DNA of 64,000 nt from Candidatus Eiseniibacteriota bacterium (GTDB lineage Bacteria > Eisenbacteria > RBG-16-71-46 > CAIMUX01 > VGJL01), in the NCBI GenBank assembly GCA_041946735.1, contig JBHGAY010000002.1:201623-265622 (forward strand), in the 5' to 3' direction. Under the pieces are notes generated by a model that saw only the letters and a list, made by a program, of their open reading frames with translations, made no database searches and was not told the origin of the DNA. The translations under genes were made by a program, and so were the position numbers. Shown here in pieces: positions 47,328 to 57,083 of the stretch (positions are counted from its first letter, which is position 1; the number at the start of each line of letters is the position of its first letter).

Positions 47328-47915
47328 ATGCTCGAGTCGCAGAAGCGCACCCACGAACTTACACGGCTGCTCCAGGACGCGGCGAGCGGCGACCGCGGAG
47401 CGTACGATCGGTTGCTCCCTCTGGTCTACGAGGAGCTGCGGCGCGCCGCCCGACGCCAGCTCGCGCGGGAGCGCGCCGGCCACACGCTGCAGACGACCGC
47501 GTTGGTGCACGAGGCGTATCTCCGGCTGGCCGCGGGCGCGCCCCCGGACTGGAAGGACCGTTCCCACTTCCTCGGTATCGCGGCGCGCGTCATGCGGCGA
47601 GTTCTCGTCGACCACGGCCGCCGGCGCGCCGCCGTCAAGCGGGGCGGCGATCCGATCCGCACCGAGTTGGGGGAAGTCGCCGAGGAAGGGCCTGCGATCC
47701 CGATCGAGGAGCTGCTGGCGCTGGAGGAGGCGATCGAGCAGCTGCGTGCGGTCGAGGAGCGGCTGGCTCGTGTCGTCGAGCTTCGCTTCTTCCTCGGCAT
47801 GAGCGAGGAGGAGATCGCCCACGTCCTCGGCGTCTCCGCGCGCACCGTCGAGCGGGACTGGAGCAAGGCCCGCGCGCTCCTGCACTCTCGGATCTACGGA
47901 GACGAGGACCCATGA
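47328..47915 (+). CDS. ECF sigma factor (kinase-associated, TIGR02999-like)
   Basis: LPLVYEELRR, HTLQTTALVHEAYLRL, VVELRFF, RTVERDW. Confidence 0.93.
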   Translation: MLESQKRTHELTRLLQDAASGDRGAYDRLLPLVYEELRRAARRQLARERAGHTLQTTALVHEAYLRLAAGAPPDWKDRSHFLGIAARVMRRVLVDHGRRRAAVKRGGDPIRTELGEVAEEGPAIPIEELLALEEAIEQLRAVEERLARVVELRFFLGMSEEEIAHVLGVSARTVERDWSKARALLHSRIYGDEDP

Positions 47916-50900
47916 GCGGCGACGGAGCAGGCGGCGGAGACGCAGGCGGCCCGGACCGCGCGGATCGCGCGGATCGCACGGCCCGAACGGCGCGCACAGC
48001 TCGCACGGCGCTGACGGCGCTGACGGCACGCGCCCTCGAGGTCTTCGACCAGGCGCGGGACGTCCCCGCGGAGCGCCGAGCCGCCTGGTTGTCCGCCGCA
48101 TGCGGGGACGATGCGACGCTGCGCCGCCAAGTCGAGCGTTTGCTGGACGCCAGCCGTCGAAGCGGCGGAATCCTCGACCGTCCCTTGCATGTGCAGGCGC
48201 TCCAGATCTTGTCCGGAGGCATCTACGGGGACATTCACGGAGACATTTTCGGAGGCACTCCGGGAGACGCTTCCAGAGACATTGCGGATGACACGGGATC
48301 GTCCGCCGGGCCAAGCGACGCCCCGTCCGTCCCGGCTCGCCCCCCGTCGCGCACCGATCCGATCCGTATCGATCGCTACCGCATTCTCGAGCGGCTCGGT
48401 GGCGGCGGAATGGGGACGGTCTACCGCGCGCTGGACGAGCGGCTCCAGCGCCTCGTCGCTCTGAAGGTCTTGAGCGGCTTCGAGTCGACGAGCCCCGGCT
48501 CGCGCGAGCGTTCGCTGTCGGAAGCGCGGGCGGCGGCCTCGCTCGATCACCCGAACCTCTGCCCCGTCTACGACGCGGGCGAAGCGGACGGCTACCTGTA
48601 CATCGCGATGGGGTACTGCGCGGGAGAGACGCTGGAGGCGCGCCTGGAGAACGGCCCGCTGCCGATCGCCGAAGCGCTCGCGGTCGCGACGGCGGTCGCG
48701 GACGGCCTGGCGAGCGCTCACGCGGCCGGCATCGTCCATCGGGACATCAAGTCTTCGAATGTGATGCTCGAGCCCTCGGGCGGCGTGAAGATCGTCGACT
48801 TCGGGATCGCGAAGCGGTCGAGCGTTCCCTCGAATCTGAGCCTCGCGGGAGCGCGCTTCGGAACACCGGCCTACATGTCTCCCGAGCAGGCGCGAGGCGA
48901 GGAGGTCGACGGTCGCACCGACCTCTGGTCCCTCGGGTGCATTCTCTATGAAATGTTAACGGGAAAGAGGGCGTTTCCCCAGAAAGGCGAGCTCGCGGTC
49001 CTGCGCGCGATCCTCGAGGACGATCCGCTCCCGGCCTCCACCCTCCGGCCCGGCGTCCCTTCCGCGGTCGACGCCATTCTGCGGCGCGCGCTCGCGAAGG
49101 ACCGAGACCGGCGCTGGGCGACCGCTGCAGAGATGCGGGACGCCCTCGAGCGAGCGGCTCCCGGCTGGCTGCGTTCGGGCGGGGAACCGGCCCCGCGCCC
49201 GACGATTCGCCCCGATCGGCTGCCCTTGCCGCCGACACGCCTGATCGGGCGCGACGATGACGTCGAGCAGGTCTTTGCGTTGCTTGCCTCCTCGCGGCTC
49301 GTGACCCTGACGGGGCCCGCGGGGACCGGCAAGACGAGACTCAGCCTCGAGGTCGCCCGCCGCGCGTCGGCTTCGTTCGAGGACGGGACTTGCTTCGTCC
49401 CGCTCGCAGGCGTCGAAGACCCCTCGCTCCTGCCGTCCATGATCGCCCGGAATCTCGGCCTGCTCGACGCTCCGGCGCACGAGACCGCCGAAGGCCTCGC
49501 CTCGGCGATCGAGGACCGAAGTCTGCTCCTCGTTCTCGACGACTTCGAGAGGATCGTGTCCGGAGCGGCTGCAGTCGTCTCGCTGCTCGAGCGATGCCCT
49601 GCGATCAAGATCCTCGTGACGAGCCGTGTGGTGCTGCGGGTGAGCGGAGAACAGGCGTTTCCGGTCCCGCCCCTCGCGCTTTCGGCGCAACCGGGCGACT
49701 CGCAGGCGGCGTTGCCCCGACCGGAGCGCGCCGCGTCGTCCCCCGCGGTCGAGCTGTTCCTCGAGCGAGCGCGCGCGGTCCGGCCTGGGCTCGCGCTCGA
49801 TGGCGAGGAGCTTGCCGCAGTCCTCGAGATCTGCGAGCGGCTGGAGGGAATGCCGCTCTCGATCGAGCTGGCGGCCGCTCGCGTGCGCGTCTTCTCGCCG
49901 CGCGCCCTGCTCGCCCGTCTCGGGAAGCGCCTCGATCTCCTGCGGGACGGCCCGCGCGACCGGCCCGCCCGTCACCAGACGCTTCGTTCGGCCATCGCGT
50001 GGAGCCACGATCTGCTCGAGCCGGGTCTGCGCACGTTCTTTCGCCGGCTCGCGGTCTTCGTCGAGGGGTTCACGATCGAGGCGGCCGCCGAGGTGACGGG
50101 GGCAGGAAGCGAGACCGACGCGATCGAGCGGATCGAGGCGCTCGTCGACCAGAGCTTGATCCGTCCCGAGGCGGGCGACGTCCCCCGTTTTCGGATGCTC
50201 GAAACGATCCGCGAGTACGCGATGGAGCGCCTGGAGGAAGCAGGCGAGGCGGAGATCGTACGGAAGGCGCATGCCCGCTTCTTCCTCGCGCTCGCCTTGC
50301 AGGCCGAGAGGGAGCTCGTGGGCGCCGAGCAGGGACTGTGGCTGCGCAGACTCGACGAAGAGAACGGGAACCTGCGCGCCGCGCTCGCCTGGGCGGAAAG
50401 CGCGCTGGATGCGCCAGAGGGCCACGCTGCCAAGACAGAGGGGCCGGCGGCCGCTGTGGAAGGCGCGGCGGCGGCCGCTGCGGAGGGCGCTGCGGCAGGC
50501 GCGACGGCAAACGCGGCGGCAGGCGCGGCGGCAGACGCCGGACCGAAGCCATCGGAGATCGGGATCGGGATCGCCACCGGCCTGTGGCGCTACTGGCTCG
50601 CCCGAGGCCAGCTCCGGCAGGGCCGGACGCATCTTCGCGTCGTGCTCGAGCGCGACCCTCTTCCTCCCTCCGCCGCCCGTGCCCGGGCGCTCCACGGGGC
50701 CGCCACGCTGGCGCACAACGAAGGGGACAACCACGAGGCGCACCGACTCCTGGTCGAGGCGCTCGAAATCCGGCGCGGACTCGAGGACGAGAGAGGCATC
50801 GCGGAGATCCTGAACAATCTCTCCTGGGTCGGCTGCGAGCTGACGAGGCTCGACGAGGCCGAATCGCTGGCGCGCGAGGCACTCGAGCGCAATCGCGCGC

Positions 50901-51841
50901 TGGGCGAGCAGCGGGGCGTCGCTCTCTCCTTGAACAATCTCGGATGGATCGCGATGTATCGGGGCCTGAGCGTCGAGGCGGGACGGTTCCTCGAGGAGTC
51001 CCTCGAGATCCGCCGGAAGCTCGATGACCGGAGGGGAATCGCGTTCGCCGCCGCGAACCTCGCGTGGCCGAGGATCCTCTGCGGCGATTTCGCCTCGGCG
51101 GAGAAGCTGCTCGACGAAGCCGAGCGTGCCCTCCATGGGCTTCAGGACCGGCTGCTGGCGGCGCTGGCCCGGCACCATCGCGGTGAGATCGCCTTCGAGC
51201 GAGGCGAAATGGACCGTGCGGAAGCGTTGCTGCTCGAGAGCGCCTGCGGGTGGCGCGACTCGGGAAACCGGTCCGGCATCGCCTGGTCGTCCATGCGCAT
51301 CGGGGAGCTGTACCGCGTCGGTGGAAAGATCGAGCGTGCCGCCATCCTTCTGGAGGAGAGCACCCGGACATGGAGGGAGGTCGGAGGCGCGTGGGGCCTC
51401 GCCTGCGCGCTCGCCATCCAGGCTCGGGTCTTTCACGATCGAGGCCGACGCAGCGAGGCGCTAGCTTGCATCAACGAGGCTCTCGGTCTCCAGCGCTCGA
51501 TCGGGGACCGGCGAGGCGAGGCGGAGTCCCTCCAGATCCTCGCGATCCTCGAGGCGAGCGCGAGCCCGGAGGCAGGCGAAGGCCCGGAGGAGAGCGCAGG
51601 TCCGGAGGCGAGCGCCGGCCCGGCCCCGGAGGCAGCCGGAGGCGAGCGGGAACGACTCGCGCGAATCGCCCGGCGGATCGGGGAGGCGCAGCGGCTGCGC
51701 GAGCAGATCGGAACTCCGACGCCTCCTCGCCTGGCCCGCGAGATCGCCTCTCTGCGTACCGCCCTCGAAGAGCGACTGGGCCGGGACGTCTGGATGCGAA
51801 TCGGCGAGGAAGAGGGCGGGGCAGCGCCGAGAAGCGCGTAA
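47912..51841 (+). CDS. Ser/Thr kinase fused to STAND/NB-ARC-like ATPase and TPR repeats
   Basis: GGGGMG, VALK, HRDIKSSN, DFG, GTPAYMSPEQ; Walker A GPAGTGKT, LVLDDFE, GMPLSIELAAAR; TPRs; ATGA overlap with the sigma gene. Confidence 0.93.
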   Translation: MSGDGAGGGDAGGPDRADRADRTARTARTARTALTALTARALEVFDQARDVPAERRAAWLSAACGDDATLRRQVERLLDASRRSGGILDRPLHVQALQILSGGIYGDIHGDIFGGTPGDASRDIADDTGSSAGPSDAPSVPARPPSRTDPIRIDRYRILERLGGGGMGTVYRALDERLQRLVALKVLSGFESTSPGSRERSLSEARAAASLDHPNLCPVYDAGEADGYLYIAMGYCAGETLEARLENGPLPIAEALAVATAVADGLASAHAAGIVHRDIKSSNVMLEPSGGVKIVDFGIAKRSSVPSNLSLAGARFGTPAYMSPEQARGEEVDGRTDLWSLGCILYEMLTGKRAFPQKGELAVLRAILEDDPLPASTLRPGVPSAVDAILRRALAKDRDRRWATAAEMRDALERAAPGWLRSGGEPAPRPTIRPDRLPLPPTRLIGRDDDVEQVFALLASSRLVTLTGPAGTGKTRLSLEVARRASASFEDGTCFVPLAGVEDPSLLPSMIARNLGLLDAPAHETAEGLASAIEDRSLLLVLDDFERIVSGAAAVVSLLERCPAIKILVTSRVVLRVSGEQAFPVPPLALSAQPGDSQAALPRPERAASSPAVELFLERARAVRPGLALDGEELAAVLEICERLEGMPLSIELAAARVRVFSPRALLARLGKRLDLLRDGPRDRPARHQTLRSAIAWSHDLLEPGLRTFFRRLAVFVEGFTIEAAAEVTGAGSETDAIERIEALVDQSLIRPEAGDVPRFRMLETIREYAMERLEEAGEAEIVRKAHARFFLALALQAERELVGAEQGLWLRRLDEENGNLRAALAWAESALDAPEGHAAKTEGPAAAVEGAAAAAAEGAAAGATANAAAGAAADAGPKPSEIGIGIATGLWRYWLARGQLRQGRTHLRVVLERDPLPPSAARARALHGAATLAHNEGDNHEAHRLLVEALEIRRGLEDERGIAEILNNLSWVGCELTRLDEAESLAREALERNRALGEQRGVALSLNNLGWIAMYRGLSVEAGRFLEESLEIRRKLDDRRGIAFAAANLAWPRILCGDFASAEKLLDEAERALHGLQDRLLAALARHHRGEIAFERGEMDRAEALLLESACGWRDSGNRSGIAWSSMRIGELYRVGGKIERAAILLEESTRTWREVGGAWGLACALAIQARVFHDRGRRSEALACINEALGLQRSIGDRRGEAESLQILAILEASASPEAGEGPEESAGPEASAGPAPEAAGGERERLARIARRIGEAQRLREQIGTPTPPRLAREIASLRTALEERLGRDVWMRIGEEEGGAAPRSA

Positions 51842-51881
51842 GCATCGCCGGCGCGCGATACGGCCCGCGACGCCGCGCTGC

Positions 51882-52592
51882 CTACTTCGGAATCCCGAAC
51901 ACTTCCAGCACCCAGTCCTCCACGAGGTCCTGCGCCTCGGTCGCGACCTCCCCGAGGGTGTGTCCCGCGCCGGGGAAGAGAACGATCCGCTTCGGATCCC
52001 GGGCCTTCTCGTAGAGATCGCGCGAGATCTGCGCGGGAAGGACAGGGTCATCCGTCCCATGGAGCAGGAACACCGAGCAGCGCGGTCCGAGGATCGAGAC
52101 TTGTTCCGCGCCGGATCCTTGGGTCGCGATCAGCGCCGAGCCGATCACCCAGGGGGACTTCGCCGCAGCTTGCACAATGACCGCCCCGCCGAAGGAATGG
52201 CCGACCAGGATCATCTGCGCGACTCCGTGATTGAGCAGATAGTCCTCGGCCGACCGGAGATCGTAGACCGCCTCCTCCAGGACCCCCGGCTGCCGGAAGC
52301 GCACGCGCAGTGAGTGAATCGAGCGCCCCCGGAGGCGGCGGCACAGGATCGGGTAGAGCCCGTGCGCAGGGGAATCCCAGCCACCTCCCGCGCCTCCCAC
52401 CCACGCGACCGCGCGCTCGGAGCCCGGCGACTCGTAATGGCGAAGCTCGATCTGCCCCCGTTGCGTCCTCATGCGCACAACGAAGAAGCCCTCCGCGACG
52501 ACAGGCCCGGTCTCGATCGCCGCCGTTTCGGCATCGAGCGGCATGGGGTCGAGCGGTCTGGGGTCGAGCTGCCCGTCTGGGTCGGCTGTCAT
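51882..52592 (-). CDS. alpha/beta hydrolase
   Basis: GHSFGG, LLHGTDD, GAGH. Confidence 0.88.
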   Translation of the reverse strand: MTADPDGQLDPRPLDPMPLDAETAAIETGPVVAEGFFVVRMRTQRGQIELRHYESPGSERAVAWVGGAGGGWDSPAHGLYPILCRRLRGRSIHSLRVRFRQPGVLEEAVYDLRSAEDYLLNHGVAQMILVGHSFGGAVIVQAAAKSPWVIGSALIATQGSGAEQVSILGPRCSVFLLHGTDDPVLPAQISRDLYEKARDPKRIVLFPGAGHTLGEVATEAQDLVEDWVLEVFGIPK

Positions 52593-52749
52593 GGGATCGC
52601 CTCCCGCCGGCGCGCGACATAGGCCCTCCGCCAGCTTCGTCCATTTGATGGGATCGCGACCGGCGGCTCAAGCGCAGGCCGCTCCGAACTCTCGTCGGGC
52701 GCACATCCATTGGGATGAAGGGCCGTGGGGCGGTCTCCGCCCGCGGACG

Positions 52750-55182
52750 CTAGTCGCCCGTCCGTCCGAGGAAGCCGTCCAGAAGCGCGTGATAGGCGGC
52801 CGCTTCCCCCGAGGCCGAACCGAGGCGTCGCGCCGCGGCGCTCAGTCCCTCGTGCGCCGCGCGAAAATCTCCTTCCACCCAGGAGCAGAGTGCGAGTCGC
52901 ACCTCCTCGCTCCCGGGATCCCGGGGCGGCTCGTTCGCGGCGCCCGGCTCGTTCGCCGCGCCCGGCTCGCGCGCGGCGCGGCGGTAGGCGTCGCGCGCTT
53001 CCTCCGTCCTGCCGAGACAGAGAAGCGCATCGCCGCGCGCGCGGAGATGCTCTCCGCCACGACCCGCCGGCGCCTCGCGCGCGAGAAGCGGCCCGAGGAG
53101 TCCGGCCCGCAGGAGCGACTCGCTGCTCCTTCCGGCGAGATCGATCGAGCGAAGCGCCTGTTCCGCGTTGCGCACGGCCTCCGCCTCCAACTCTCCCCGT
53201 CCCGTGCCGCCGAACGTCTCTTCCCACGCTCGCTCCGCCTCGGGAACGCAGCCCACCTCGAGCAAGGTTTCGATCCGAGCGAGAGCGAACGTCTCCCCGT
53301 CGTAATCGCCGCGGCGGCAGACACCGCGGCCGGCCAACAGCCGGAGCGCCCGCGCCCGCAACGGGTCGAGCGCCGGCGGCCTCACCCCCTCGCGCGTCTC
53401 GCCGCGCGCTTGCAGCAGCGCGATCGCGAGCATCCCGTCGCGGTCCCGCGCCTCGGCCGCGCGGCAGCGCTGTTCCGCTTCCAGGTAGCGAGCGCCGAGC
53501 GAGGCCCGGCCGAGGAGCGTGAGGACGACACCCAGCTTGTAGTGCGTCGCGAGCGGTTTCTGATTGAAGAAGCTCCGGAAGTAGCTCCGGCCAGGCTCGA
53601 GGATCGCACGCTCGGCGTCGAGAGGGAGAGGGCGTTCGAAGTCCCGCAGATCGAGCGGCTCGCTCTCGGAGGAACCGGCCGGCACGAAGCAGACCTGGTT
53701 GCGGTCGAGGCGCCATACGCGGTAGCGGCCGCAGGCGCTCAGGTTCGCGAGGATGTCGAGATCGTCGAAGTCCACGACGAGGAACTCGACCTGCGCCGGG
53801 ACGGCGCAGCGGGCCGCGGAAACGGGCGACTCGGCGAGCGCGGCCCGGATCCGGAATAGCTCCTCGTACTCCTCCAGGCGGTGGACATCGCTCCGTCCGT
53901 CGATCCAGACCGGGTGCGCATGGGAGACCGGATCGGCGTAGAAGAGGAACGGTCCCGCCGAGCCGAAGTTGAGGGGAAGCACCGCCCCGCCGCCTTTCGT
54001 CCTGGCGACCGCGCGGGCGGAATCGATCGGGAAGAAGTCCTCCTGGAGGCCGAGCCCGGGCCTGGGAATGCGATCGGTCCAGCGCGAGATGGCCCCGATC
54101 GGGTAGAGGAACGCGAGCGCGGCCGTGATGGCGCAGACGGCCAGCCATGGCGCGCGGCCTCGGTCCCACCTCGCGTGCGGAAGGCTCGTCGCCGTCAGAT
54201 AGCCGGCGACGACGGCCGCGAGCGCGACGTTGCGGACGGCGGAGAGACCGAAGGGAATGAAGAGCGCCAACCAGAGAACGTGCGCGAGCGAAGCGGAGCG
54301 GGCGCGCCGCGCCAGGAGCACGGCCGCGATCAGCAGCAGCGCCAAGGCGACGGCGACGTCGGCGGAGAGAGCCAGGAGAGTCGGCGTCAGCTCGGCGAAT
54401 CCCTGCGCAAACTCACGCGTCTGACCGCCGATCAGAGGGGCGTAGAGAAGCGGATGCCGCAGGATGCCGGCCGGATCCGGATTGAGCAGAAGCGCCGCGA
54501 GCGGAAGGAGCATCCACCCGGCGATCGGCCGCGGCCGCCCGGCAGGGCGGCGCACAGCCGGCCCACCACCCGCCACACTCCCCGCTCGCCGTGCATCGAC
54601 GGAGATACCGATCCACGCAGCAAGCAAGACCGCCACCCCCGCGACGAACAGGCTGTGCATGTTCACCCACACGGCGAAGAGGAGAGCGAGAATCGCGAGC
54701 AGGATCGGCCGCGGCTTTCCTCCGGCCCTCCGGATCGCTTCGCAGACGACGAGCGTCACCGCCAGATAGAGCAGGGTGAAGCTCTCGGGCCGAGCGCGCA
54801 TCCGGCGCTGGGCCACGGCGAGCACGAGGATCAGCACGAGGATCGCAAGCGCGGTCCGCCGCGATCGAGGAATTCCGGCGAGCAGGACGGCGCCCGTCGA
54901 CGCGAGCAAGACTCCGTTCAAGACCGAGAGGACGGCGAATCCTCCGGCGCGATGTAGCGACGCTAGGAGGATCTGAAACAGCCAGTAGGGATTGGTGATC
55001 GGCATCGGTGCGAGCACCGACCAGAAGTCGCTTCTCAGAATCGCGTGATGGTCGAGGATCCAACGTCCTGCCGTCAGATGCCAGTAGACGTCGGCGCTCC
55101 AGATCCGCTCGCATCCGGCCGCGAAGCCGAACCCAACCAGCAGGAGAATCCGTGGATCGAATCGATTGCGGCCGGCCGGCAA
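52750..55182 (-). CDS. GT-C-like polytopic membrane protein with C-terminal TPR-like region
   Basis: DVYWHLTAGRWI, RPESFT, WVNMHS, LNP, WIDGRSD; about 10 TM segments. Confidence 0.72.
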   Translation of the reverse strand: MPAGRNRFDPRILLLVGFGFAAGCERIWSADVYWHLTAGRWILDHHAILRSDFWSVLAPMPITNPYWLFQILLASLHRAGGFAVLSVLNGVLLASTGAVLLAGIPRSRRTALAILVLILVLAVAQRRMRARPESFTLLYLAVTLVVCEAIRRAGGKPRPILLAILALLFAVWVNMHSLFVAGVAVLLAAWIGISVDARRAGSVAGGGPAVRRPAGRPRPIAGWMLLPLAALLLNPDPAGILRHPLLYAPLIGGQTREFAQGFAELTPTLLALSADVAVALALLLIAAVLLARRARSASLAHVLWLALFIPFGLSAVRNVALAAVVAGYLTATSLPHARWDRGRAPWLAVCAITAALAFLYPIGAISRWTDRIPRPGLGLQEDFFPIDSARAVARTKGGGAVLPLNFGSAGPFLFYADPVSHAHPVWIDGRSDVHRLEEYEELFRIRAALAESPVSAARCAVPAQVEFLVVDFDDLDILANLSACGRYRVWRLDRNQVCFVPAGSSESEPLDLRDFERPLPLDAERAILEPGRSYFRSFFNQKPLATHYKLGVVLTLLGRASLGARYLEAEQRCRAAEARDRDGMLAIALLQARGETREGVRPPALDPLRARALRLLAGRGVCRRGDYDGETFALARIETLLEVGCVPEAERAWEETFGGTGRGELEAEAVRNAEQALRSIDLAGRSSESLLRAGLLGPLLAREAPAGRGGEHLRARGDALLCLGRTEEARDAYRRAAREPGAANEPGAANEPPRDPGSEEVRLALCSWVEGDFRAAHEGLSAAARRLGSASGEAAAYHALLDGFLGRTGD

Positions 55183-55389
55183 GGGCGAAGCGACCTCCTT
55201 CCCATTTCGATCGCCGCCGCGGAATCTAGCACGGACCGATCCGCCGCGCTCGATCGAAGGATCGGCGGCGCCCGAAGCGGACTGCTACGATGGTGACAAG
55301 ACAAGCACCGGCCGCCCCTGAGAGGCGCGAGCATGAGCGAGAAGACGCGCCCCGCGGACGGCGCGCCGACAGAGGAGAAGGAGGTGCAC

Positions 55390-55980
55390 ATGGCAATCCA
55401 GTGGAGACACGACTTCGACAACGTCTTCCAGGAGGCGAAGGAGCGCAACCGCCCCATTCTCCTCGACTTCAACGCCGCTCCGATGTGATCGGGATGCGCT
55501 CGGCTGGATGCCGAGGTGTGGCCCGACGAGCAGGTGAGCCGCATCGTCACCGAGAACTTCATCCCGGCGCGCGTGCATCCCCGACAGGACGGGGAAAAGT
55601 TCCAGCAGCTCGGCGAGAGGTTCGGAGCGCTCTGGACGCCGACGATCCTGTTCCTCGACTCCGAAGGGACGGAGAGGCATCGAATCGAAGGCTTCCTGCC
55701 GGTACCCGACTTCCTGCCCCGCCTGTATCTCGGTCTCGGGCATCTGGCGTTCCGTGCAGAGAACTGGGACGAGGCGCAGAAGCGTTTCCAGACGGTCCTC
55801 GATCAGTTCCCGCAGAACGCCGCCGCGCCCGAGGCGCAATACTGGGAGGGCGTCTCGCGCTACAAGAAGACCGGCAGCGCCGAAGTGCTCGAGCAGATCG
55901 CAGCGGCCTTCGAGAAGCGCTATCAGGACTCCGAATGGGCGAAGCGGGCTTCCGTCTGGGAGCCGTCGCGCCGCCGCTAG
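55390..55980 (+). CDS. thioredoxin-fold/TPR selenoprotein with UxxC motif
   Basis: AAGGAGGT RBS; MAIQWRHDFD..PILLDFNAAPM-U(TGA 55486-55488)-SGC..WTPTILFLD..RIEGFLP, then TPR-like helices. Confidence 0.88.
55489..55519 (+). promoter_or_regulatory. bacterial SECIS-like hairpin
   Basis: CTCGGC-TGGAT-GCCGAG stem-loop starting 11 nt after the TGA, with G in the loop. Confidence 0.7.
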
Positions 55981-56095
55981 CCCGGCGGGCCGCCAAACCG
56001 TGAAACGAGGAGCCGCAGGCGGGCGACCGCTTGCGGCTCTCTGCTCGTCAGGGCCCTGTTCCGCCAGGTTTTCTGCGCGCCAGGCTCCCGGCGCG

Positions 56096-56359
56096 TCAGG
56101 CCCTCTTCCGTCTTCCAGCGGGCGATACGTCGATCAGGAGCGCGATCACGATCCCGACGACCGGCCAGAGAGTCCACTGGCCGCCGAACCAATGCTGCAC
56201 CGCCGTATACCAGAGCAGCGTCGTCGGCAGGAACAGGAGCCCGAGGATCGGCCAGAGGAGGCTCGAGAAGACGCCGTCGAACCATCGCGTGAACAGCCAG
56301 AGCAGGACGATCACCAGCCGAGGCATGATCAGCGCGAGGAGCGTCAGCAAGCACGGCAT
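56096..56359 (-). CDS. small integral membrane protein
   Basis: MPCLLTLLALIMPRL..WPILGLLFLPTTLLWY; GGAGG RBS. Confidence 0.8.
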   Translation of the reverse strand: MPCLLTLLALIMPRLVIVLLWLFTRWFDGVFSSLLWPILGLLFLPTTLLWYTAVQHWFGGQWTLWPVVGIVIALLIDVSPAGRRKRA

Positions 56360-56416
56360 GAGACCTCCCGTCCGCCGGCGCGGCGGCGTGTTTCGACGGC
56401 CCCGGCCCGGACGCGC

Positions 56417-57013
56417 TCAACGAGCGCGCGCGTACCGGCCGAGCAGCTCCCCCTTGGCAAGCACGTGCGTGTCGATCGCCTTCAGCACGTCCGTCCGCTT
56501 CGGGTCGCTCCCCGGACTGAGCACGGTGTCGATCGCGTAGATCCGGAAGTAGTAGCGGTGGGCCGGGCCGCGGGGCGGACACGGCCCTCCGTATCCGATC
56601 CGCCCGAAGTCGTTCTTCCCCTGCCTCGCGTCGGTCGAGAGGATCCGGTCGTTCGTGACGCCCTCCGGCAGCGAGGTCGTATCGGGGCGCAATCCCCAGA
56701 CGAGCCAGTGCGTCCACGTGCCGGCCGGAGCGTCCGGGTCGTCCACGATCAGCACGACGCTCTTCGCGCCGCTCGGCGGCTTCTTCCACTCGAGCGGGGG
56801 CGACAGATCGGCTCCGTCGCAGGTGTACTTCCGCGGGATCTCCTCACCGGAACGAAATGCAGTCGAGCGAAGATCGAGGTCCTCCATCGGGTGCACCTCC
56901 TCGCTCGTCCGCCGCCCCTCGTTCGCTTGCTCCTCTCCGGCCCGGCTCCCACAGGAAAGCGCGAGCGCCCACACGCACAGGACGATCCACGGGGCAGCGA
57001 TCACCGAGCGCAT
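56417..57013 (-). CDS. YbhB/YbcL (PEBP/RKIP-like) protein
   Basis: YTCDGADLSPPL, DDPDAP..WTHW, GYGGPCPP..HRYYF. Confidence 0.93.
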   Translation of the reverse strand: MRSVIAAPWIVLCVWALALSCGSRAGEEQANEGRRTSEEVHPMEDLDLRSTAFRSGEEIPRKYTCDGADLSPPLEWKKPPSGAKSVVLIVDDPDAPAGTWTHWLVWGLRPDTTSLPEGVTNDRILSTDARQGKNDFGRIGYGGPCPPRGPAHRYYFRIYAIDTVLSPGSDPKRTDVLKAIDTHVLAKGELLGRYARAR

Positions 57014-57083
57014 CGTTTGATCCTACCTTTCGTGCGACCGGCGGGTCAGCCGTGCGTGCCCTCGGCCCGCGCGTCGCCCTGGC

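Noticed and set aside
55390..55980. Pseudogene with a premature stop
   Set aside because: The TGA sits at the catalytic Cys position and is followed by a SECIS-like hairpin; selenocysteine is the better explanation.
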